This document shows, piece by piece, positions 8,462-17,328 of a stretch of DNA of 64,000 nucleotides. The position numbers and the translations under genes were made by a program. Within the stretch, counting starts at the first letter, position 1. Every line of letters begins with the position of its first letter. Below the pieces are notes generated by a model. The model was given only the letters and a program-made list of their open reading frames with translations. It did not search any database and was not told the DNA's origin. The DNA is taken from assembly GCF_056746865.1 (NCBI RefSeq), contig NZ_CM163382.1. The stretch is one strand, 5' to 3'.

Positions 8462-8941
8462 GTAAGACAACCACGAAGGGTGTTGCTTTATAGCGTCTTC
8501 GATACCGGTATCGCCTTCGGTTGTTAGTGTGTATTAGATAAGCATGTTTTTCCGCCCGGAAATTTAAAGAGAGTGAATTATTCGACAGAAACGCTCACTT
8601 CTGGAAACGAACGACAAGCATATAACGTCCACCAAAGCCTCAACCAACACGCAAAACCCAGCCCCCAACAATCAACTTAAAAATCAATCGGATATTAAAA
8701 TCCCTTCCATATCAACTTCATCACCACTCTTTTTGCGCCTTCCCCTTCGCGCAAAAAATCAAAATCCTCAACAAACCCAATCACCTACCCCACCAATTAC
8801 AAGGACGCCAGCCAATCATGATTGGACGGTGCAAGGACAACACCAACAAAAACAGGAAGTTAGCAGTCTCAGCAAGACACCGACCAGACGGTGAGGAGAC
8901 ATAAAAGGATACGCAAAGGAGCCGCGGCTCCTGGTGATATG

Positions 8942-8965
8942 AAAGCCCACAGATGTGGGCTTTTT
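8942..8965. terminator. Rho-independent terminator-like hairpin immediately 3' of the autotransporter gene
   Basis: aaagcccac / gtgggcttt stem followed by a T-run on the + strand. Confidence 0.5.
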
Positions 8966-8974
8966 CGTTGATGG

Positions 8975-11900
8975 TCAGAACGACCAGTTCACACCAGCCA
9001 CCGCGTTCCACGGGGATTCCACACCGGCACCATGGCTATACCCCACCCCGAGATGTCCGCTTAACGTACTGCTGAATGAGGCTTTAATACCTGCCTGGTA
9101 TATTCCACGTCTGCCCGACAAATCATTGACGAAATTACCGTCATTATTCACCTTCACCCGGTTATCATCGACAAATTCTTTGCGCACAGCCGCCTTCAGC
9201 CACGGCTCAATTTCCATACCGTTCCCCAGACGCATGTTGTAACTCAGCGTTGCGCCCAGTTCACGATATATACTGCGGGTATCGACTGATTTCGATTCCA
9301 TGCCATTGGATAAATGATATTCGGGGTTATCAGCGGTGAACCCCGTTAACGATGCATACGGCGTCAGGTTCCAGTTACCATCCGTAAATCGCATCCCGGT
9401 TTCAATGTGACCGCCCAGCCCGTTGCTGCGATAACTGCCGTTGGCGGCTCCACCGCTGCTCATTTTACCGGCTACGTTACTTTCAAAGCGGTTCAGCTTC
9501 ACGATACCGTCCAGATAGAAACCACTTTCATGTTCCCAGCTGGCATAGCCCCCCAGAGAATAACTGCCCACACTGCCATGTCCTCCACGATCAAAACCAA
9601 TATGTGAATGGGAATAACCCATAAAAGCGCCCAGCGTCGCAATCCCCTCAGGAATATCATTACGGCTATCGATCCCCACCGTCATTCCGGTCAGCGTCTG
9701 CTCAAACCCGGCACCCGCATCGGTGGTGACATTATTACGGGTGTTATACGTCGTCCCCCAGACATTATTGTTGTGTGGACTCGCTTTCATTATGTTCAAC
9801 CGCTCGCGAATACTGTTTAGCTCAGCATCAAAGACCAACGGTAATGTTGCTGCCATATTGAGTACGGCTGCTGTAGAAGGCGTGATGCGATTCTCCGGGA
9901 CGGGTGTCGGCGTTGGAGCGGGAGTCGGGTCTGGTTTCGGATCCGGTTTTGGGTCTGGTTTTGGATCCGGTTTCGGATTTGGGTTGGGGTCCGGGTTGGG
10001 TTTGACATCATTGGTCAGGTTCCAGTTGCTGTTGCCGTCGCTTTTCAGGACATACTCATAGGTCCCAAGATCAACGAAACCGCCGGTATTACCCAGCGTA
10101 AACGAAGCATCCCCTCCCCCTGTTTTCACCAGCGTCATCGCGTCGTCAGACTGAGGGCTGACGCCGGTATCCTGAACAAAGATTTTAAAATTGCCAGTGG
10201 CGTTGTTGTTGACGACCAGTTGATCGCCCCGGGAGTCTGCAACGTTGGTATGCAGGTAGAAATTACCGCTGCCGGAAAGTTCACTGGTGGTCAGCGTATT
10301 GTAGATACCGTTAGTTGTGGCAGGCGCTGCTGTTTGTGCTGATAAATAAACATCACCGTCGTTGAGGAGTAAACTGTTTACTCTATATTCGCAGTTGCTG
10401 GTGCCTGCACAGGAATTATTGCTGTTAAGCCAGACACTGCCCCGACTGGCAGCCGTCAGGTCGGCAAGCGTCGTATCGACGCCATTTCCGATAGTTAATG
10501 TCGCGCTATCGGTAATCCGGACCACCCCTTCAAGTTTAACTGGCGTAACATTATCCCGTGGCGTCATTAACGACAGGCTTCCTGTCGCGCCACTGACCGA
10601 TGCATCCGCCAGCGTACCTGCGTAGACGATTGCCGTCCCGCCAGCGATCAGTAGATCTTCTGCCCGGGCCAGAGCCTGAAACTCATCTTTTGACCGACCG
10701 AGGGTATATTGCCCACCGGAATTAACCTTTGTGGCGAAGTCCTGACCCAGGTTTTGCATTGCCCCACCGTTGCCAACCGTGGAATCGCGAGCTTCGGTAC
10801 CTGCTAATACCAATAAATTACCGCCATTTTCCAGCAGCACATTGGTCGCTAAATTTCCGGCAATGGAAAAGGTGCCGTACTGGTGAGTACCGCTGATTTC
10901 AATACCGTTAGCCGTGCTCGTCTGGAGAGCGGCACCGCTGTTCTGGATGATATCTGTCGCTTTGCCATTATCGTTGACTGTCAGCGTACCGCCTTCATTA
11001 ATCGTTGTTTTTACTGCCTCACCGTTAGCCGAAACTGTTTGTATTCCGCCGTCGTTAATCGTTGTCTCATTCGCCACCCCCTCGACGATTTGTTCGCCGC
11101 CGGTGAGCGTCGTGCCTGTCGCAGTGGCTTTTGTTTTGACGATCTCCCGCCCGCCCGCATTGACCTGTGTTTTGGCGGAAGTGGTGTCTGACTCCACGGT
11201 TAACACGCCGCCATTTGCCAGCAGGATATTGTTCGCCGCATCCTGCTCAATGCTGAACGCGACGCCATCAGCGCGTGTCCCTGTGACCCGCGTCGCTCTG
11301 GTGGTTGCAACCAACGCGCCCTGGCTACTTTGCTGTATCCCCGTTGCGCTGCCTTTCTCCCGCACATCGAGAGTGCCGCCTTCATTAAGCACCGAGTTTT
11401 CAGCCAGACCGCCCTCATTAACTACCTGTGAACCGCCATTAATAATGGAACCTTCCGCTGTCCCGTTTACCATAATTTGTTGTAGGCCTGAGACGATATC
11501 GGTATTGATCGCCTTACCATAATTCTGAACGGTTTGCGTACCGCCATTGATGTGCGTTTTGTCTGTTGACCCACCATCAACAATTTGTTCACCACTTTCG
11601 ATATTTGCCTCAGTGGCTAAACCATATACCGTTTGCTTGCCACCTTTGATATTTGCTTTTTCAGAAGTGGCACTGGCATATATTGTTTGGGTACCAGCAC
11701 TATTAAGTACAGTACCAACATCTTTTCCATAAACATCCATTTTGCCGTTGGCATTAATAATCGTGTCAACTGCCCGGGAACCAGTGACGACTGTTAATGA
11801 GCCAGCGTTTTCCAGCACTACATTTTTAGCTTCTGAATTCCTGATGTAGAAAGCATCACCATAACTGTTGGTTCCTTCGATAAGTGTTCCGGAGGTCGTG

Positions 11901-13549
11901 GAAGCAATTAATGCGCCGCCGGATTGTTGCTCAACATGCTTAGCCTCACCACCGTCCTGAACCTCCAGAACGCCACCATTATTAAGTCTGGTGCTATCTG
12001 TTTTAGCCTCCTTCTGGACAATCAGCTTACCGCCAGCATCAATGGTAGTATTTTTCGCCGAGGTTTTAGCCATTACCGTCAGTTCGCCGGTATTTTCCAG
12101 CACAACATAATTAGCCTCTCCTCCGGTAATAGTGAAGTGAGAGAGCTTGTTGTATCCTTCGATATCAGTCCCTGCGCCCGTGTTGGCAACTAAAGCACTG
12201 CCCGTCTCCTGGTTAACCCCATGTGCAATACCGCCGGTATAGACAATCAGCGAGCCTCCGGCGCTAATATTGCTGCCAGTTGCCGTACCATCTTTCTCAA
12301 CAACCTGCCGGCTCCCAGAGGATATATTTGTCGTGTCAGCTTTCCCGCCGCTCTTGATATTTTGCGTTCCACTGTTGATATTGGTGCCCGTGGCAATACC
12401 ATGATTATTAATATTCTGTGTGCCACCATTAATTATGGTATTTGTCGCGTTTCCGGCAACATCCATAACGCCGCCATTATCTATTCGGGTCGCATCAGCT
12501 TTAGCATTCGTTAAAACTGACATTGTTCCTTTATCTTTAATAATCGTCTTATTTGCCGAACCATATGCGTTTATGTCTAAATGACCACCGTTTTCCAGCA
12601 ACACATTCTCTGCCACGTTATTGTGGATGGAGAATGCCCCTTCACTATTCGTACCGCTCACCGTCAAATCGTAAGTCGTTACTTTTAAAGCGGCTCCATC
12701 GTGCTGAGTAATATTAGTTGCCGTACCACCTCTAACATCAAGCACGCCGCCGGAATAAACTTCAATAACATCCGAGGAGCTCGTGTTATCAACAATTTGC
12801 GTACCACCAGAATAGATCTGCGTATTTTTTGCCGTTGACTTACTATTCAGAGACTGAGTTCCGCCTTCAATCGTCGTGTCCAGCGCACGGCTCTCATATA
12901 CTCTTTGCTCACCGCCATTTTTAATGGCGGTTGTTTCTACTGTGCTCTGTTCAACATACTGTCGCCCACCATTTATGGTTGTGTTCGTCGCCAGACTTCC
13001 TTGCGTGATGTCCTGATAACCAGACTTATTTATCGTCGTACCGTCAACATGCCCCTGAGTTGATACTGACTGGCCTCCACCATCAATGATTGTTCCATTT
13101 GCAGTCCCCCCCTCTATGCGTGAAGTACCGCCCTTAATTGTCGTGTCATTGCTGGTACCACCTTTATAAACATATTGATTGCCACTTTCGATTATCGTGC
13201 CAGTAGAAATTCCTCCGTACTCAATTGACTGTCTGCCTCCATTAATGGTTGTATTATTAGCTTGCCCGTTAATATCGGCATGGATTGATACTAGTTGCTC
13301 GCCACCAGTTTCAATAATACTACTATTAGATATCCCACCATAGACCTCCTGCCGGCCATGGTTGATAATATGTGTGTTATTTGTTGTACCTCGTTCATCT
13401 ACTCGTTGGTTGCCATCTACAGTCTCATCGTTTACCACACCAATAACATTAGTAGTGAAGGCCGCCATCCCGGGCTGGGCATATATTAAGGCAGATATCA
13501 ATAAGGAAAGTACTGAGCGGCGAAAATAATAGGGACTGGTCCTGTTCAT
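8975..13549 (-). CDS. ypjA: Autotransporter adhesin (type Va), YpjA-like
   Basis: Start placed at MNRTSPYYFRR (13549) with AGAGGA SD and extended signal peptide; repetitive passenger domain; Pro/Asp/Lys-rich linker; C-terminal beta-barrel ending ...GVNWSF. Confidence 0.85.
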   Translation of the reverse strand: MNRTSPYYFRRSVLSLLISALIYAQPGMAAFTTNVIGVVNDETVDGNQRVDERGTTNNTHIINHGRQEVYGGISNSSIIETGGEQLVSIHADINGQANNTTINGGRQSIEYGGISTGTIIESGNQYVYKGGTSNDTTIKGGTSRIEGGTANGTIIDGGGQSVSTQGHVDGTTINKSGYQDITQGSLATNTTINGGRQYVEQSTVETTAIKNGGEQRVYESRALDTTIEGGTQSLNSKSTAKNTQIYSGGTQIVDNTSSSDVIEVYSGGVLDVRGGTATNITQHDGAALKVTTYDLTVSGTNSEGAFSIHNNVAENVLLENGGHLDINAYGSANKTIIKDKGTMSVLTNAKADATRIDNGGVMDVAGNATNTIINGGTQNINNHGIATGTNINSGTQNIKSGGKADTTNISSGSRQVVEKDGTATGSNISAGGSLIVYTGGIAHGVNQETGSALVANTGAGTDIEGYNKLSHFTITGGEANYVVLENTGELTVMAKTSAKNTTIDAGGKLIVQKEAKTDSTRLNNGGVLEVQDGGEAKHVEQQSGGALIASTTSGTLIEGTNSYGDAFYIRNSEAKNVVLENAGSLTVVTGSRAVDTIINANGKMDVYGKDVGTVLNSAGTQTIYASATSEKANIKGGKQTVYGLATEANIESGEQIVDGGSTDKTHINGGTQTVQNYGKAINTDIVSGLQQIMVNGTAEGSIINGGSQVVNEGGLAENSVLNEGGTLDVREKGSATGIQQSSQGALVATTRATRVTGTRADGVAFSIEQDAANNILLANGGVLTVESDTTSAKTQVNAGGREIVKTKATATGTTLTGGEQIVEGVANETTINDGGIQTVSANGEAVKTTINEGGTLTVNDNGKATDIIQNSGAALQTSTANGIEISGTHQYGTFSIAGNLATNVLLENGGNLLVLAGTEARDSTVGNGGAMQNLGQDFATKVNSGGQYTLGRSKDEFQALARAEDLLIAGGTAIVYAGTLADASVSGATGSLSLMTPRDNVTPVKLEGVVRITDSATLTIGNGVDTTLADLTAASRGSVWLNSNNSCAGTSNCEYRVNSLLLNDGDVYLSAQTAAPATTNGIYNTLTTSELSGSGNFYLHTNVADSRGDQLVVNNNATGNFKIFVQDTGVSPQSDDAMTLVKTGGGDASFTLGNTGGFVDLGTYEYVLKSDGNSNWNLTNDVKPNPDPNPNPKPDPKPDPKPDPKPDPTPAPTPTPVPENRITPSTAAVLNMAATLPLVFDAELNSIRERLNIMKASPHNNNVWGTTYNTRNNVTTDAGAGFEQTLTGMTVGIDSRNDIPEGIATLGAFMGYSHSHIGFDRGGHGSVGSYSLGGYASWEHESGFYLDGIVKLNRFESNVAGKMSSGGAANGSYRSNGLGGHIETGMRFTDGNWNLTPYASLTGFTADNPEYHLSNGMESKSVDTRSIYRELGATLSYNMRLGNGMEIEPWLKAAVRKEFVDDNRVKVNNDGNFVNDLSGRRGIYQAGIKASFSSTLSGHLGVGYSHGAGVESPWNAVAGVNWSF

Positions 13550-13939
13550 AAATTTCATCCTCTGAAAAGTGAATACTGAGTAGCGTTTAAGCGACCTTAG
13601 CTTTGCTGCAACATCAGCCCACAGGCACCAGACCAGGGGATTCATCCTGAAGAGACAGCGCAAGTGTATTGTGTTCACCGCTCATCAAAGACATCATGAT
13701 GAAATGATGATATTCCGCATAAGAATGAGGCATTTTTTTAAGACATTGTGCTGAAGGATGATTGGATAAAAAAGTCAATCTTTTCAGGAAATACGGCGTA
13801 TTCTTTTCTTTCGACATTGAAGCCATCGGAAAAATAAAATGATTTACATAATCGTTTCTGATGAATATCTTCTGCTCACATAAAAATCACACAATAACAT
13901 TGAGATTGCAGATTGTTTTACTTTTACAGCTTTCGTCCC

Positions 13940-14215
13940 CTCATTGTTGGGCAAATATTGGTAGAGTCAGAGCACGAAAGTTAATACCACGTTCGCACAG
14001 CTCCTCCAACAGCACGGCAAGATGCCGCATACTGCGCCCCAGTAGGTTCAGTTTGCAGACAACCAGTGTGTCACCTACCGATAATGTCCTGAGCCGTTTG
14101 TTCAGTCCGGCCCTGCTGCCACGGTTTTACGTTGAAGTGGTAACCCTGAGCACGCAGTTCATCAGTCAGGCATGGTGCACCATAACGCTGTTGTTGCTGG
14201 GTAAGATCAAAAAAC
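13940..14215 (-). pseudogene. pinH: Serine DNA-invertase (Pin/Hin family) fragment, frameshifted remnant
   Basis: Minus-strand translation [37 protein letters not shown] matches the Hin/Gin catalytic segment GDTLVVWKLDRLGRS...ERGAHFHSLT; upstream frames are broken. Confidence 0.5.
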
Positions 14216-14482
14216 TTTCAGGCAGCTAAGGAAAGTTGAATCAGACATTAGATGAAATATTTCAACCAATTACAGCACCAATTTAAACTCAGTAAATCAC
14301 AGCGCAGATCAAGGGGTTACGTGAAAGCGTAGCCCCTTTTTCTTTGGTAGTAGCAGCAAAATGGTTGTAGTGTAAAAAATAATCCCGTTTAATCAATCAA
14401 TAATACATATTGTTTCAATCTACGTTATTATCTCTTTGTAAAACCTGCAGTTTATTTATCATTGAAAACTGCTTTTAGAACT

Positions 14483-15937
14483 TTATACAAGGGGACGATT
14501 CTCAATGGGACTATCCTCAGGGGAATTTTCCTCAGAGGAACTATCATCAAAGTCATCATCCATAGATGAAATACCATCGAATGGTGCCACGCCCGTGATT
14601 AGTTTTATTTTATTATTACGATCAGTCAAGACTCCATTTAAACCATTTTCGCTGACGGATTTTAATAATTTATCATAACTCTTATTGTCATCAGGCACAT
14701 TAAAAATACACGGAGTATCAACATCAAACAATGACGTTCCCCAGTTCACATATTGAATATCATAGTTACTGAAGTTCTGTCCAGAAAAGAAGCATCCCTT
14801 AAAATCCAATCCACGTAAATTATATAAACTACCCTCTTCTTTTGGGAGAGCAATTTTAATTCTGGCTATCTCCCAGACAAAATTGCCATTTTTGTATTTG
14901 AATACCGTTTCAAGCTCTCCTCCAGACAACTTGACTTCTGGAAATAATTTGAAATTAAACCCTACATTATTATGTGTCAACGTAGATGAACAAAAGATGG
15001 AAAAAGCTTGCAGTGCTGAATTATAGCTATCGATTTTATCTTGAGGCTGCGCTCTTGGTAAAAACTTATAGCAACACTCATAAAAATTAAGTAGAAACTC
15101 TGATGACCTTCCATTTTTATCAAATAATACCCGCTGAAAATGCTGCACAAACTTATTCGTTTTTTCTTGAATATCTATGGTGTGTTCCTTTGACTCTAAC
15201 AAAGATGAATCCTGTTGAAGTGCATTGCTCATCTGGTTGAGGAACAACTGCATTTCTTTCAACTTATCTCCATAGTGACCTTTAACTTGCTGAGAATTTT
15301 TAGTTACAGTTGAAACCTTATCTGTGTGGTTTTCATATAAATTATGTGATTCCATACAGTCATTTGGCGGCGTTTCTGAAATAACACTACGCGTTCTACC
15401 TGGCTGAAGTGAAGCAACATGAAAATCACTTTTTCTTATATTGCCGAATAGGGTCTGTTCATTTCTCTTAGCGCATTCAATAAACTGATCAACATTATTT
15501 TTATTAGATGACAGGTTAATTTCAGAAACCGCATTTTCTTTGTTCTCCAGCTTTAGTTTAACGAGAAGGTCTTCCCACACCGTTTTTTTTAAAAATACTA
15601 CGTCAGGCTCACCATCAGCAACTAACTCTTGATTATTATCAAAGTGTACGTTGTATACTTTTAATTTATTTTCATTAGCATCATATTTAATACGTTTTAA
15701 TTGTTCTCCGGCTCCCATAATGACAAAAGCATTGCCTTCATGATATTTACATTCAGACATCATTTTTTGTAAAATTTCAAGAGCACCGTTATACGTCCCT
15801 GAGGCAGCTTCTTTACAAATTAATTTTATAATACTATAAGCTAGTAACTCCATGGATTTAGAAGATTTTCTTTCATTACAATTTCCACTATTTATAAATG
15901 TGCTAGTGTTAATTTCGTTGCTTTTACTAACTAACAT
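14483..15937 (-). CDS. Hypothetical low-GC protein with pentapeptide-repeat-like C-terminal region and acidic tail; occupies the ypjB/ypjC position next to ileY
   Basis: 484-aa ORF, strongly AT-rich; C-terminal segment LRGLDFKGCFFSGQNFSNYDIQYVNW resembles pentapeptide repeats. Confidence 0.6.
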   Translation of the reverse strand: MLVSKSNEINTSTFINSGNCNERKSSKSMELLAYSIIKLICKEAASGTYNGALEILQKMMSECKYHEGNAFVIMGAGEQLKRIKYDANENKLKVYNVHFDNNQELVADGEPDVVFLKKTVWEDLLVKLKLENKENAVSEINLSSNKNNVDQFIECAKRNEQTLFGNIRKSDFHVASLQPGRTRSVISETPPNDCMESHNLYENHTDKVSTVTKNSQQVKGHYGDKLKEMQLFLNQMSNALQQDSSLLESKEHTIDIQEKTNKFVQHFQRVLFDKNGRSSEFLLNFYECCYKFLPRAQPQDKIDSYNSALQAFSIFCSSTLTHNNVGFNFKLFPEVKLSGGELETVFKYKNGNFVWEIARIKIALPKEEGSLYNLRGLDFKGCFFSGQNFSNYDIQYVNWGTSLFDVDTPCIFNVPDDNKSYDKLLKSVSENGLNGVLTDRNNKIKLITGVAPFDGISSMDDDFDDSSSEENSPEDSPIENRPLV

Positions 15938-16693
15938 TGTCTTTTCCTCAGTTAATGTCTACATGGCTATTTTTAATGTTATTATTGTTTGTCACTATAA
16001 AAAATCGCTCATTTGAGACAATTGCTGGCATTAACAGCTTCATATGCTATACATGGTACTTTTAATTAATTTAGCACAAGAATGTTAAATTTAATAAGCA
16101 AAAGGTTATTTCACTGTATGATAAAAACCACCCGTTATAATTTATTCGTGAGAATCGTTTTTTGAGTGTTAGAAATTTATATCTAAATAGCGTTGATTAA
16201 TGACCAAAGCCAGACTCCTGTAATGCTCACAAGACTCTTCTGCATTCGACGGCGGTTCTAGTCAGTAGTAGATGTTTAAGGCGTGGCAGAGACATTTCAT
16301 CCTTACTCTACAGCATTGGTCCACATACAAATCGTGGTTGTGACACTTCACTTATCATCAGTGAGCGAACAGAGAATAGTTCAGTGATTTGAGTAATTAA
16401 CCTGATTAAATGAAGAGGCATGATAAATGATAATACTCTGGCTTTATCGTTAATTACTTAATTCCACATGTAAGCAATTTGCCCGCTTGGCATAGCGGGC
16501 ATTTTTTCCAGGTACTTTTGAATGAGTACTGATGGATAAATACATTGCAGTGGCGTGCCACGTACCAAAACACCAGCCCTCATTCGAAACTACCTACCGC
16601 ACTGCTTCTTTAAAATGGCGTTAGTCGTGAAATATTGACCGCCATCGAGTCCCCCTTGTAACCTTAACTCTTCCTGATACGTGAATAATGATT

Positions 16694-16770
16694 TGGTGGC
16701 CCTTGCTGGACTTGAACCAGCGACCGGACGATTATGAGTCGTCTGCTCTAACCACTGAGCTAAAGGGCCT
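16694..16770 (-). tRNA. ileY: tRNA-Ile (anticodon CAU, lysidine-type; ileY-like)
   Basis: Reverse complement GGCCCTTTAGCTCAGTGGTTAGAGCAGACGACTCATAATCGTCCGGTCGCTGGTTCAAGTCCAGCAAGGGCCACCA closely matches K-12 ileX/ileY. Confidence 0.85.
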
Positions 16771-17328
16771 TGAGTATGCAATAACAATACTTATATACCA
16801 CGCAATAAACATGATGATCTTATGATGTAAATAACAGATTTTTATACGTTCTCATTCATCCTGGGTCGTCATTACCTGCGACATAAAACCCGACACCGAT
16901 TCCATTCACAAAGTCGATACTCTCAGTCAACAAGCAAATGCTAATACTTAGCACTATTTATAGTTACCATCGATTCAATGATAGTTTGTAATGATTTTGT
17001 ATCTAATAATATAACTTTATTACATTAACTGAAGAGTTTTCGCATCATTATGATATCTGTTACTTTTCACCCCATAAAAATAAACTTCATATAGCAATAT
17101 ATTCTTTCATAGATCTTATTCTGCTAATCATTAGTTTCGTATGAGCGATTTTTGACAGTTGCCTCTCCAGACCACATCGATAATTAAAAAAACAGATTTA
17201 AGCATTATCCTTTTCCATATAAATATTGGATAAAAGTAGGACATCTGTTTGCAATTACTTTCACAACAATTAAACATTTTTATGTTTCCGTATACACCAT
17301 ATTACTCTACCATTAGAGGAACTTTATT

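Noticed and set aside
9407-12514. Multiple 60-200-aa ORFs antisense or out of frame within the ypjA-like autotransporter gene (e.g. 10914-11522)
   Set aside because: Artefacts of the repetitive, codon-biased passenger domain; the 1524-aa minus-strand frame explains the region.
16481-16508. Terminator-like hairpin (gcccgcttggcatagcgggc + T-run) on the plus strand left of ileY
   Set aside because: No plus-strand gene upstream to terminate; may be an island-boundary relic; not enough to call a feature.
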